From positions 82,069-146,068 of the forward strand of contig CAVZUW010000009.1 of assembly GCA_963778545.1 (NCBI GenBank): a stretch of 64,000 nucleotides of DNA, given 5' to 3'. Under the pieces are notes generated by a model. That model had not been told where the DNA came from and searched no databases. It worked only from the letters and a program-made list of their open reading frames with translations. The translations under genes were made by a program, and so were the position numbers. How positions within the stretch are numbered: position 1 is the first letter of the stretch; each line of letters begins with the position of its first letter. Origin of the DNA: an uncultured Actinomycetes bacterium (GTDB taxonomy: Bacteria > Actinomycetota > UBA4738 > HRBIN12). Positions 1 to 9,077 of the stretch are shown here, piece by piece.

Positions 1-308
1 GCGCCGTCGTCGGCTCCGCGAGCAGCCGCCCGAACGGGGTCCCGCACGCCGAGCACTCGTTCGCCTCGATCGGGTTGCGCGTCTCGCAGGCCGGACACGT
101 CCAGGCGAGCGTCCCGCCCTCGACCTCGATCGCCCCACCCGCCGTGCCGGCGATCGCCTTCGGCCCGGGGGTCGCGGCCGGGGAGGGTACCGCCCGGCGC
201 CTCGGTGCGGGCTCCGACGCGATCGAGCGGGGCGAAGCACTGGCCGCACCACTCCGCGTCCGCGGACGCGAGAGCGCCGCAGGTCGGACACCGGCGTTCG
301 CCCATCAT
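1..308 (-). CDS. zinc-ribbon domain protein, N-terminal part only (gene runs off window start); apparent frame break near 160-175
   Basis: Manual minus-strand translation from ATG 308 gives MMGERRCPTCGALASADAEWCGQCFAPLDRV. A second minus frame continues ...IEVEGGTLAWTCPACETRNPIEANECSACGTPFGRLL to the window edge. Two CxxC...CxxC pairs are present. Not in the ORF track because no stop lies inside the window. Confidence 0.45.
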   Translation of the reverse strand, partial: MMGERRCPTCGALASADAEWCGQCFAPLDRVGARTEAPGGTLPGRDPRAEGDRRHGGWGDRGRGRDARLDVSGLRDAQPDRGERVLGVRDPVRAAARGADDG

Positions 309-357
309 GCGAGGCAGGGTACCGCCGCACCGGCCCGGCACCCGGGAACCGAGGCCC

Positions 358-1491
358 TCAGTCGACCGCGTGGCGGAGCCACCCGGCGAGCTCCCCGGCG
401 GGGCGGGACCACGCGAACGCGGCCTCCACACGCGCACGCCCGGCGCGACCCATGGCCTCCGCGCGTTCGGCATCGGCCAGGAGCGACCCCACGGCATCCG
501 CGACCTGCCCCACGTGGGAGCCGTTCACGAGCAGGCCGGTCTCGCCCGGCACGAGAGACTCGCCCGCTCCCCCCGAGTCCCCGACCACGACGGGCCGCCC
601 GCAGGCCGCCGCCTCGATGAACACGTTGCCCCATCCCTCGACCTCGAGACCGCCCAGGCGGTTGCGGCAGGGCATGGCGAACACGTTCCCCGCGCGGTAG
701 TAGCGGGGCAGGTCGGCCTCGGACACCTGGCCGGTGAACGCCACCGAGCCGGCGGGCGCGTCGGCGGCGAGCGCCTCGAGCCGGTCCCGGTACGGGCCAT
801 CGCCGACGATCAGCAGCGTCGCGTCGGGGACGCGTCGGCGGATCTCGGGCATCGCGAGGATCAGCACGTCCTGGCCCTTGCGCGGGACGAGCCGGCTCAC
901 GCAGACGATCAAGGGGCGGCCGGCGACGCCGTGACGTTCGGTCAGGTCCGCCGAGGGCAGGTCGGGGCGGAAGGCCTCCAGGTCGGCGCCGGGGTACATC
1001 ACCGAGACCGGCACGCCCTGCGGCACCGCCGTTCGGACGACCCGGGCGATGAACCGGCTGCACATCACCGGCACCCGAGCCGCCCGGGACGTGGCGCGCC
1101 GCACGAGCGTGTGGGTCCCCGGCGCGATCGAGAGCCAGTACTCGAACCCGTGTGCCGCCGCCAGGTACGGGGTGCCGGCCTCGGCCAGCGAGGGCCCGAG
1201 GAGGGCGAGCGGGTAGACCGCGCCGAACAGCACCACCTCCGCCCCGAACGACCGAACGGCCTCGTGCACGCGGCGCCGCACGTCGGGGACCGGCCACAGG
1301 AAGCGTTCGGGCTGGCGGAACACCTCGTACGGCGCGGCCTCGTCGAACGCGGCCGCGCCCTCGGCGTCCGGACACAGGACCGCCACGCGGTCCGCCGGGA
1401 AGCACCGGACCAGCGCCTCGAGGGTGCGCTGGATCCCGCCCACGCGCGGCGGGTAGTCGTTGGTGACCAGGAGGGTCCGCGGAACGTCCAC
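358..1491 (-). CDS. GT4-family (GT-B fold) glycosyltransferase, PimB/mannosyltransferase-like
   Basis: 377-aa ORF with N-terminal LLVTNDYPPRVGGI and C-terminal GGLEVEGWGNVFIEAAACGRPVV, an E-x7-E type motif. GTG start. Confidence 0.85.
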   Translation of the reverse strand: MDVPRTLLVTNDYPPRVGGIQRTLEALVRCFPADRVAVLCPDAEGAAAFDEAAPYEVFRQPERFLWPVPDVRRRVHEAVRSFGAEVVLFGAVYPLALLGPSLAEAGTPYLAAAHGFEYWLSIAPGTHTLVRRATSRAARVPVMCSRFIARVVRTAVPQGVPVSVMYPGADLEAFRPDLPSADLTERHGVAGRPLIVCVSRLVPRKGQDVLILAMPEIRRRVPDATLLIVGDGPYRDRLEALAADAPAGSVAFTGQVSEADLPRYYRAGNVFAMPCRNRLGGLEVEGWGNVFIEAAACGRPVVVGDSGGAGESLVPGETGLLVNGSHVGQVADAVGSLLADAERAEAMGRAGRARVEAAFAWSRPAGELAGWLRHAVD

Positions 1492-1498
1492 GGCGGCT

Positions 1499-1504
1499 TA
1501 TCCT
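1499..1504 (+). promoter_or_regulatory. -10-like box TATCCT, 7 nt before GTG of ygfZ
   Basis: TANNNT hexamer with no RBS in between. Only 20 nt separate the divergent GT4 and ygfZ starts. Confidence 0.45.
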
Positions 1505-1511
1505 CGCAGAC

Positions 1512-2349
1512 GTGGGCGAACCGGCGTTCGACGAGCAGCTCGAGGCGCTCGAACAGGAGCGGGCGTCGGTGGATCTCGAGGGGTGGGGCGTCACGGAGGT
1601 CCGGGGCGCCGACGCCGAGGGCTGGCTGAACGACCTCGTCACCGCCTCGATCGACCGGCTGGCCGAGGGCGAGGCGCTGCGCTCGTTCCTGCTCTCCCCC
1701 ACCGGCAGGATCCGGGCCGACGTGTTCGTCCTGCGGTCCCACGCGGGCGAGGGGTTCCTGCTCCTGCAGGGCCCCGAGCAGCCGGACGCGATCGCCGACC
1801 TGCTCGCGCCGTACGTCCTGTCGTCGGAGGTCGACCTCGCACCGGCGGATCCCACGGGCCTGCACCTGGGGCCCCGGCCCGGCCCCCGCTGGGCGGCGGG
1901 CTGGGAGGCGCCGGACGCCGGGGCGGTCACGGTCGGCCCGCAGGCCCTCGAGTCGTGGCGGATCCGCCACGGTGTGGCCCGCTTCCCGGTCGACCTGGAC
2001 CCCGATTCGCTGCCCGCCGAGGCCGGGCTCGACGTCGAGCCGTTGATCGATCGGACCAAGGGCTGCTACCTGGGCCAGGAGTCCGTTGCCCGGGTGCGGA
2101 ACCTCGGGCATCCGACCGCGGGTGGTGCTCGGGGTGCGGGCCGAGAGCTCGCTCCGGCCCGGCGCGCCGGTCCGTTCGAACGGGGCGGACGTGGGGCTGG
2201 TGACCAGCGTGGAGCCTCGCTCCGGCCTCGCGGGGATCGTCCGTATCCGTTGGGACGCAAGGAACAGGGAGCTCTCGGCCGACGGCGGTATCCCCCTGGA
2301 ACGCCGGGGGATCCCGATCGGGGGACCCCCGATACTACGGGGGCCCTGA
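1512..2349 (+). CDS. ygfZ: YgfZ/GcvT-family folate-binding protein, frame-broken as assembled near 2105-2115
   Basis: The ORF 1512 frame reads sensibly up to ...DRTKGCYLGQESVARVRNLGHP (KGCYxGQE signature). The C-terminus continues in the ORF 2086..2349 frame (RVVLGVRAE...VTSVEP...IRIRWDA). TATCCT lies 7 nt upstream of GTG 1512. Confidence 0.75.
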
Positions 2350-2451
2350 CTTTTCAAGACTGTTCTCGTTCGAACACGAACGGTACAACCGACTCCTGCG
2401 CGCACGGGCCCCCTCCGGGTCGCCTGCGCAACCCGACGAGGCCGCAGGGAG

Positions 2452-2736
2452 TTGAGTGTGACCAAGGATCGCATCGCTGGGATCGACCTGAAAGCTCTCC
2501 CCCCCGACCCCTCCCCCCCGGACATCTGGCAGGACCAAGCGGCCTGCTACGGGATCGACCCGGACACCTTCTTCCCCACCTCCGAGGAGGAGGCGGGACC
2601 CGCCCTGGCGTTCTGCTCGGCCTGCGACATCCGGCAGACCTGTCTCTCGTGGGCGCTGAAGAACGGGGAGCGCTACGGCGTGTGGGGGGGCCTCACCGAG
2701 CAGCAGCGCCGCCGCGTCGTCCGGTTCGTCGCCTGA
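2452..2736 (+). CDS. whiB: WhiB-family [4Fe-4S] transcriptional regulator
   Basis: 94 aa with four Cys in the C...C-x2-C-x5-C pattern (AACYG...FCSACDIRQTC), a GVWGG turn and a basic tail QQRRRVVRF. TTG start preceded by GCAGGGAG. Confidence 0.9.
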   Translation: MSVTKDRIAGIDLKALPPDPSPPDIWQDQAACYGIDPDTFFPTSEEEAGPALAFCSACDIRQTCLSWALKNGERYGVWGGLTEQQRRRVVRFVA

Positions 2737-2806
2737 GGCGAACGCCCGGGCGCGCTCTTCGCGCGGCTGGTCGCGCGGCCGGCACCCGGCCCATACTTGC
2801 GGACCC

Positions 2807-3844
2807 ATGACGGCCGAGACGATCCGCGCGAGCGCGCCCCTTCGGATCAGCTTCGTCGGAGGCGGCACCGACTTCCCCCACTACTACGAGCGTCACGGCG
2901 GCGCCGTCCTGTCGGCCACGATCGATCACGCGGCGCACGTCTCCCTCGCGCCCCGGGACGACCGTCAGGTGCGGATCCGGTCGCTGGATCTCGGCCACCT
3001 GGTCGAGTACGGCCTCGAGCGCGGCCCCGAGTACGACGGCGTGATGGACCTGCCCAAGGCCGCGATCGAGCGGATGGGCGTGCCCACCGGGATCGACGTC
3101 GACATCGCGTCCGACGCGCCACCGGGCAGCGGCCTGGGAGGTTCCTCCGCGCTGGTCACCGCGTGCGTGGGCGCGCTCGCGATGCTCACGGAGCGCTCGA
3201 TGGCGCCCCGCGAGGTCGCCGAGCTCGCGTACGCGATCGAGCGCGAGGACCTCGGCATCGCGGGTGGGTGGCAGGACCAGTTCGCGGCCGCGTTCGGCGG
3301 CTTCAACCTCCTCGAGTTCGACCAGGGCGGCGCGACGGTCCACCCGCTCGCGCTCGCCCCCGAGGGCGTCGCCGAGCTGCGGTCGCACCTGCTGCTCTGC
3401 TACACCGGCCACGTCCGCACGGACCTCGGCCTGATCGCCACGCAGATCCGGATGTACGAGGAGGGGCGCGAGGACACGATCGTGGGGATGAAGCAGCTCC
3501 AGGCGATGGCGTTCGAGATGCGCCGCGAGATCGAGGCCGGGAACCTCGACCGGCTCGGGCCGATGCTCCACGAGGCGTTCGAGAGCAAGAAGCTGATGAA
3601 CCCGCACGTCTCCGAGGGCACGCCGATCGACCGGCTGCTCGCCGTCGCGGCCGACGCGGGCGCCTCGGGCGGCAAGATCTGCGGCGCCGGGGGCGGCGGC
3701 TACCTGCTGCTCGCGTGCCGGCCCGAACGTCAGTCCGCGGTCCGCTCGGCGCTCGAGGCGCTCGGCGGCCAGTTCGCGGAGTTCGCGTTCCGGCACCACG
3801 GCGTCGAGGCGCACGCGGGCGGGCGCGTGTGGAGACCCTCGTGA
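2807..3844 (+). CDS. hddA: GHMP-family sugar kinase, D-glycero-alpha-D-manno-heptose 7-phosphate kinase type
   Basis: 345 aa with APLRISFVGGGTDFP, the GHMP motif PPGSGLGGSSAL, GGWQDQ and GAGGGGYLLL. Confidence 0.8.
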   Translation: MTAETIRASAPLRISFVGGGTDFPHYYERHGGAVLSATIDHAAHVSLAPRDDRQVRIRSLDLGHLVEYGLERGPEYDGVMDLPKAAIERMGVPTGIDVDIASDAPPGSGLGGSSALVTACVGALAMLTERSMAPREVAELAYAIEREDLGIAGGWQDQFAAAFGGFNLLEFDQGGATVHPLALAPEGVAELRSHLLLCYTGHVRTDLGLIATQIRMYEEGREDTIVGMKQLQAMAFEMRREIEAGNLDRLGPMLHEAFESKKLMNPHVSEGTPIDRLLAVAADAGASGGKICGAGGGGYLLLACRPERQSAVRSALEALGGQFAEFAFRHHGVEAHAGGRVWRPS

Positions 3845-4464
3845 GCCGCCGGTTCGTCCTGCTCGACCGCGACGGCACGATCAACGAGGAGGTCGGGTAC
3901 GTGCTCCGGCCCGACGAGCTCCGTCTGATCCCCGGCGCGGCGGACGCCCTGCGCGAGCTCCGGGATCTGGGGCTCGGCCTCGTCGTCCTGACGAACCAGT
4001 CCCCGATCGGCCGCGGGATGCTCACCGTCGGCGAGCTCGACGGGATCCACGCGCGTCTGTCGGAGCTGCTCGCCGCCGACGGCGTGACGCTGGACCGGAT
4101 CGAGTTCTGTCCGCATCGGCCGGACGAGGGCTGCGCGTGCCGCAAGCCCGGGACGCTGATGGTCGAGCGCGCGGCCGCCGCGCTCGGGTTCGACGCGGCC
4201 GGGTCCTGGATCGTCGGCGACCACGGCTCCGACCTCCGCCTGGGACGTGCCGTGGGCGCCAGGACGATCCTCGTACGCACCGGGCACGGCGAGGAGGAGC
4301 TCGAGCGAGGAGCGGGCGAGGACGCCGACCACGTCGTGGCCGACCTCCTGGAGGCCGCATCCGTCATCCGCGACGACCTGTTGCCCGAGCGCAGCCGACA
4401 CGTCCCGGACGGACCCGGTGCGGTGGGGCTCCGCGACATGGAGCCGAGGACCGTGGAACCGTGA
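3841..4464 (+). CDS. gmhB: D,D-heptose 1,7-bisphosphate phosphatase (HAD superfamily)
   Basis: GTG 3841 overlaps the hddA stop (GTGA). The protein has LLDRDGTIN (HAD DxDGT), LTNQS and the zinc site CPHRPDEGCACRKP. Confidence 0.85.
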   Translation: MSRRFVLLDRDGTINEEVGYVLRPDELRLIPGAADALRELRDLGLGLVVLTNQSPIGRGMLTVGELDGIHARLSELLAADGVTLDRIEFCPHRPDEGCACRKPGTLMVERAAAALGFDAAGSWIVGDHGSDLRLGRAVGARTILVRTGHGEEELERGAGEDADHVVADLLEAASVIRDDLLPERSRHVPDGPGAVGLRDMEPRTVEP

Positions 4465-5042
4465 ACCTGGACCGGGTGCGCGACTACCTGCTCGAGACCT
4501 CGCGCACGGCCGCGCGGACGGCCGACGCATGCGGGGAACAGATCCTCGACGCGACCGCCGCGATCGTGGAGTCGCTCCGCGGCGGCGGCAAGCTCCTGCT
4601 GTGCGGCAACGGCGGCAGCGCCGGTGACGCCCAGCACCTGGCGACCGAGTTCGTCAGCACGCTCACGGTCGACCGACGGCGCGACGCGATCGCCGCGATC
4701 GCGCTCACGACGGACACCTCGCTGCTCACCGCGGTGGCGAACGACTTCGGCTTCGACGGTGTGTTCGAACGCCAGGTGGAGGCGCTCGGTCGCGAGGGCG
4801 ACGTGCTGGTCGGGATCTCGACGAGCGGGAACTCGGAGAACGTCGTGCGGGCGTTCGCGAAGGCGCGGTCGACCGGCCTGCGGACGATCGCGATGACAGG
4901 CTCATCGAGCGGGAAGCTCGGCGCGCTCGCCGACATCGAGATCAACGTCCCGAGCTCGGAGACCTCCCACATCCAGGAGGCGCACATCGCCGTCGGCCAG
5001 CTGATCGCGTTCCTGGTCGAGGACGAGCTCTACCCCCGCTGA
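4461..5042 (+). CDS. gmhA: SIS-domain phosphoheptose isomerase
   Basis: GTG 4461 overlaps the gmhB stop (GTGA). The protein has LLCGNGGSAGDAQHLATEF, GISTSGNS and ETSHIQEAH. Confidence 0.85.
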   Translation: MNLDRVRDYLLETSRTAARTADACGEQILDATAAIVESLRGGGKLLLCGNGGSAGDAQHLATEFVSTLTVDRRRDAIAAIALTTDTSLLTAVANDFGFDGVFERQVEALGREGDVLVGISTSGNSENVVRAFAKARSTGLRTIAMTGSSSGKLGALADIEINVPSSETSHIQEAHIAVGQLIAFLVEDELYPR

Positions 5043-5123
5043 CGCCGGAACGAGCCCGGACGCGTGCTAGCCACCCGCCGATCCGTGGTGGGTGCGCCCA
5101 TGCCGTCGACGCGGGTCCGGGCG

Positions 5124-5129
5124 TACCGT
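5124..5129 (+). promoter_or_regulatory. -10-like box TACCGT, 7 nt before ATG of the ABC ATPase
   Basis: TANNNT hexamer with no RBS. Confidence 0.4.
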
Positions 5130-5136
5130 TCTCGCG

Positions 5137-6065
5137 ATGGACACCGTGATCGAGGTCGAGGGGCTCCGCAAGGAGTACCGGCGGGTCCGCGGTAGCCGAA
5201 CGGTGGCGGTCGACGGCCTGGACCTGGCCGTCCCACGCGGCGGTGTGTTCGGGTTCCTCGGGCCGAACGGCGCCGGCAAGACCACCACGATCCGGTGCCT
5301 GCTGGGTCTCGTCCGTCCGACCGGTGGGCGATGCCGCCTCCTCGGGCAGGAACCCGCAACGCTGCACAAGGTCATCGGCCGGGTCGGCTCGATCGTCGAG
5401 AGCCCGGCCATGTACCCGCGCTTCTCGGCGCGGCGCAACCTCGAGCTGCTCGGACGGATCTCGGGCATCGGCCCCGCGCGCGTCCGCGAGGTGCTCGACG
5501 AGGTCGGGCTCACCGAACGCGCGGACGACCAGGTCAAGACGTACTCGCTCGGCATGAAGCAGCGGCTCGGGATCGCCGGCGCGTTGCTGAAGGACCCCGA
5601 GGTCCTGATCCTGGACGAGCCCGCGAACGGGCTCGACCCGGCCGGGATCGTCGAGGTGCGCGAGCTGATGGGACGTCTCGGGAGCCAGGGCCGGACGGTC
5701 TTCGTCTCGAGCCACATCCTGAACGAGGTGCAGCAGACGGCCGACCGCGTCGCGATCCTGGCCAGGGGCAGGCAGGTCGCGACCGGGCCGGTGCACGAGG
5801 TCCTGTCCGCCGGCCACGCCGCCGGGCTGCTCGTGCGGGTCGACGACGTCCCCGAGGGTCTCCGGATCCTGGGCGAGGCCGGGATCGACGCGCGAGCGGA
5901 CGACGGCCTGATCCGCGTGGGACTCCCGCCCGCCGACGCGCCCGCGTGACGCGAACGCTCGCCGATCGCGGGCTCTACCTCACCGAACTGCGCGCCGACG
6001 AGGCCGACCTCGAGACCGTCTTCCTCGAGCTCACGGGCGGCGCGTCGACGGAGGGCGCGCGATGA
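5137..6065 (+). CDS. ABC-2 type transporter ATP-binding protein, frame-broken near 5935-5950
   Basis: Walker A GPNGAGKTT, signature YSLGMKQRL and Walker B LILDEP are present. The last ~40 aa (VTRTLADRGLYLTELRADEADLETVFLELTGG) lie in the ORF 5295..6065 frame, whose stop overlaps the permease ATG (ATGA). TACCGT lies 7 nt upstream of ATG 5137. Confidence 0.8.
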
Positions 6066-6808
6066 CCGGGTTGCTCGCCTCCGAGTTCCGGCGCTTCCGG
6101 TCGCGGCGGCTGGTCAAGGTGCTCGTCGCCCTCGAGCTGCTCGCGATCGTGGCCACCGGCGTGATCGTGTTCCTCACCCAGGAGTACGCGCTCGTCGGCC
6201 TCCCCGACGTGCTGATGGGCACGGCGCTCGTCCTGGTTTCGGTCGGGTGGATGCTGGGAGCCTCCGCGATCGGCGCCGACTGGCACGCCGGTCATGTCAC
6301 GACGATCCTGACCTGGGAGCCGCGGCGCGGACGCGTGCTGTTCGCGAAGATCGCGGCCGCGCTGACCGGCGTGTTCGTCCTGTCGCTGCTGATCCAGGCG
6401 CTCCTCGGGGTCGCGCTCGCGGCGGCCGCGGCCGGCGCGGGCTCGACCGCCGGCGCGGACTCGGCGTGGCTCGCGGAGTCCGCCGGGGTCGCGCTGCGGG
6501 TCGCGATCCTGTCGACGATCTTCGCGGGGTTCGGGTTCGGGTTGGCGTCCGCCGGGCGCAACACCGCCGTCGCGCTGGGGGTCGGGTTCGGCTACCTCGT
6601 GATCGTCGAGAACCTCGTGCGCGGCCTCCGGCCCCAGTGGACGCCGTGGCTCCTGACGGACAACTCGGGTCTGTTCATCCTGGGTTCGCCGATCGACTTC
6701 CCGCAGGTCGGGCGCTCCACGGTCGGCGCCGGCCTGTACCTCGCCGCGGTGGGTGCCGCGCTCCTGCTCGCGGCCGCCGGCCTGTTCCGAACCCGCGACG
6801 TGAACTAA
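6062..6808 (+). CDS. ABC-2 family transporter permease
   Basis: 248 aa with about 6 hydrophobic segments. Start overlaps the upstream ATPase stop. Confidence 0.7.
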   Translation: MTGLLASEFRRFRSRRLVKVLVALELLAIVATGVIVFLTQEYALVGLPDVLMGTALVLVSVGWMLGASAIGADWHAGHVTTILTWEPRRGRVLFAKIAAALTGVFVLSLLIQALLGVALAAAAAGAGSTAGADSAWLAESAGVALRVAILSTIFAGFGFGLASAGRNTAVALGVGFGYLVIVENLVRGLRPQWTPWLLTDNSGLFILGSPIDFPQVGRSTVGAGLYLAAVGAALLLAAAGLFRTRDVN

Positions 6809-6879
6809 GGCTTCCCCTTGACCTCCGAACACCTGTTCGGGTAGCCTGCTCGTCCTCGCGCGGCCCCGCGGGAGGCCGG

Positions 6880-8517
6880 GTGCTCGCGGACGCGCTCCAG
6901 ACCACGTTCGAGGACGCCGTCCCGCTGCCCGAGGTCGAGTTCGTGGTCGTCGATCTCGAGACCACCGGCGGCTCGCCGGCCGACTCGCGGATCACCGAGA
7001 TCGGCGCGGTGAAGCTCCGGGGCGGCGAGCGTACCGGCGTGTTCGAGACCCTCGTGAACCCGGGCGTGCCGATCCCCCGCCGGATCTCGCACCTGACCGG
7101 GATCGACGACCTCGTGGTCGCCGGCGCGCCGCCGATCGAGTGGGTGCTGCCGTCGTTCGCGGAGTTCGCGCGCGGCTGCGTCTTCGTGGCGCACAACGCG
7201 CGGTTCGACTTCACGTTCCTGAACGTCGCGCTCGAACGCCTCGACTACGACCCGCTGCCACCGCCGCCGGTGTGCACCGCCCGCCTCGCGCGGCGCATGG
7301 TCTGGCCCGACGTACCGAACGTGCGGCTCCAGACGCTCGCGCAGTACTTCCGCACGGCGGTGCGGCCGTCGCACCGGGCGCTGCCCGACGCCGAGGCCTG
7401 CTCCGAGGTCCTCCATGGCCTGCTCGAGCTCGGCGGGCGGCTCGGGATCGTCACGCTCGGCGACCTGCACGGCGCCGTCCGCGCCCGCGGGCGTCCGAAC
7501 TTCGGGAAGATCCGACTCGCGGACCACCTGCCGAACGCACCCGGCGTCTACCTCTTCCGGGGTCGGGACGGTCGCGTGCTGTACGTCGGCAAGTCGGTCG
7601 ACCTGCGTTCGCGCGTCAAGAGCTACTTCTACGGCGACGGCCGGAAGAAGGTCGAGGATCTGCTCGCCGAGACCTCGACGGTCGACGGCGTCCCGTGCGG
7701 CTCGGAGCTCGAGTCCCTGATCCTCGAGGCCCGGCTGATCCGCCGGCACGAGCCGAAGTACAACCGCCGGGGCAAGACGTGGCGGAAGTACGCGTACCTC
7801 CGGATCGACGACGCCGAGGCGTACCCGCGGATCAAGGTCGTCCGCGAGACCAAGGGCGGCGGCGCGTTCCTCGGGCCGTTCCCCTCGTCGCACCTCGCGC
7901 GTCTGGCCAAGGAGGCGCTCGAGGACGTCTTCCCGATCCGCCGCTGCACGACCGCGATGCGGGCGTCCACCCGATTCGCGCCGTGCGCGCTGGCCGAGAT
8001 GCACCGATGTTTGACCCCGTGCGATGGGCGTGTCGGCCCCGAGCGCTACGAGGAGCTCGTCCGCTCCCTGATCACCTCCCTCTCCACACCGGGCGGGCTC
8101 CTCGGAACGCTCGAGGCGCGCATGCGCGACCTCGCCGAGCAGGAACGGTTCGAGGAGGCGGCGCTCGCGCGCGACCGCTTGCGCGCGCTCGCCGAGGCGT
8201 TGGCCAGGAGGCGGATCGACGGCTGGCTCCTCGCCGGCGACGATCTGGTCGTCCGCGATCGAGAGGATCGCTCGATCCATCTCCACGGAGGGACGATGAC
8301 GAAGGGCGACCGAGACGACGAGGAACCTCTCCGACACCCGTGCCCCCGGGACCGGGCCGACGAGCTCTCGGCACTCCGCTCCTGGATCGTCCGCAACGAT
8401 GTCCGGATCGAGGTCACGGACGTCCCGCTCGCCGAACCGGTGGACGGTGGCGCGCCGCTGTCGAGGATCCTGAACTCCCTGCGCGAGGCGACCTCGGTCC
8501 GGGACCGACCTGACTAA
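6880..8517 (+). CDS. DEDD (DnaQ-like) 3'-5' exonuclease fused to a GIY-YIG (UvrC/Cho-like) nuclease domain
   Basis: Exo motifs VVVDLETTGG, HNARFDFTFL and HRALPDAEA are followed by GVYLFRGRDGRVLYVGKS...KYNRR. GGAGG lies 5 nt upstream of GTG 6880. The upstream part of ORF 6247 is an Arg/Pro-rich shadow. Confidence 0.8.
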   Translation: MLADALQTTFEDAVPLPEVEFVVVDLETTGGSPADSRITEIGAVKLRGGERTGVFETLVNPGVPIPRRISHLTGIDDLVVAGAPPIEWVLPSFAEFARGCVFVAHNARFDFTFLNVALERLDYDPLPPPPVCTARLARRMVWPDVPNVRLQTLAQYFRTAVRPSHRALPDAEACSEVLHGLLELGGRLGIVTLGDLHGAVRARGRPNFGKIRLADHLPNAPGVYLFRGRDGRVLYVGKSVDLRSRVKSYFYGDGRKKVEDLLAETSTVDGVPCGSELESLILEARLIRRHEPKYNRRGKTWRKYAYLRIDDAEAYPRIKVVRETKGGGAFLGPFPSSHLARLAKEALEDVFPIRRCTTAMRASTRFAPCALAEMHRCLTPCDGRVGPERYEELVRSLITSLSTPGGLLGTLEARMRDLAEQERFEEAALARDRLRALAEALARRRIDGWLLAGDDLVVRDREDRSIHLHGGTMTKGDRDDEEPLRHPCPRDRADELSALRSWIVRNDVRIEVTDVPLAEPVDGGAPLSRILNSLREATSVRDRPD

Positions 8518-8530
8518 GCTCGACAGCGAG

Positions 8531-9067
8531 ATGCCCACCGCGGTCGAGCTGCTCGCGACGGCCATGGCCGAGACGTACGAAGGCTTCCGCCGGCGCCTGG
8601 ACGGGCTCACCGACGACGAGTTCTTCTGGGAGCCGGTCTCCGGGTGCTGGACCGTGTTCCGGGGCGAAGACGGCGGGTGGACCTACCACTACGAGCTGCC
8701 CGAGCCCGAACCCTCGCCGTTCACGACGATCGGTTGGCGGCTGGTGAACGTCGCCCTGTGCAAGGTGATCTACCACGAGTGGGCGTTCGGACCGCGGTCC
8801 CTGAACTTCATCACGATCGAGAAGCCGCACGACGTGGCGAGCACGATCGAGATCTTGGAGCGCGGCCACCTCCTGTTGACCGACGACCTCGCGGGTCTGG
8901 ACGACCGCTCCCTGGACATGCGGGTCCTCACCAACTGGGGCGAGGAGTGGCCCGCGTGGAGGATCTTCACGACGATGACCGATCACGACGCGCATCACGG
9001 CGCCGAGATCGGGGTGCTACGGGACCTGTACCGTCTCTCGAGCCGACGCTCCGCGACCGCCGGATAG
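8531..9067 (+). CDS. DinB-superfamily protein
   Basis: 178 aa with a His pattern in helices (YHEWAF...DHDAHHGAEIG) typical of the DinB_2 four-helix bundle. Confidence 0.65.
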   Translation: MPTAVELLATAMAETYEGFRRRLDGLTDDEFFWEPVSGCWTVFRGEDGGWTYHYELPEPEPSPFTTIGWRLVNVALCKVIYHEWAFGPRSLNFITIEKPHDVASTIEILERGHLLLTDDLAGLDDRSLDMRVLTNWGEEWPAWRIFTTMTDHDAHHGAEIGVLRDLYRLSSRRSATAG

Positions 9068-9070
9068 ACT
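9065..9070 (+). promoter_or_regulatory. -10-like box TAGACT, 7 nt before GTG of thiolase
   Basis: TANNNT hexamer overlapping the upstream stop codon. No RBS. Confidence 0.45.
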
Positions 9071-9077
9071 GTCTGTC

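Noticed and set aside
305-2059. 584-aa minus ORF, plus ORFs 205..1629 and 1065..2525
   Set aside because: These are off-frame or antisense overlaps of the GT4 and ygfZ genes, with Arg/Pro/Ser-rich translations.
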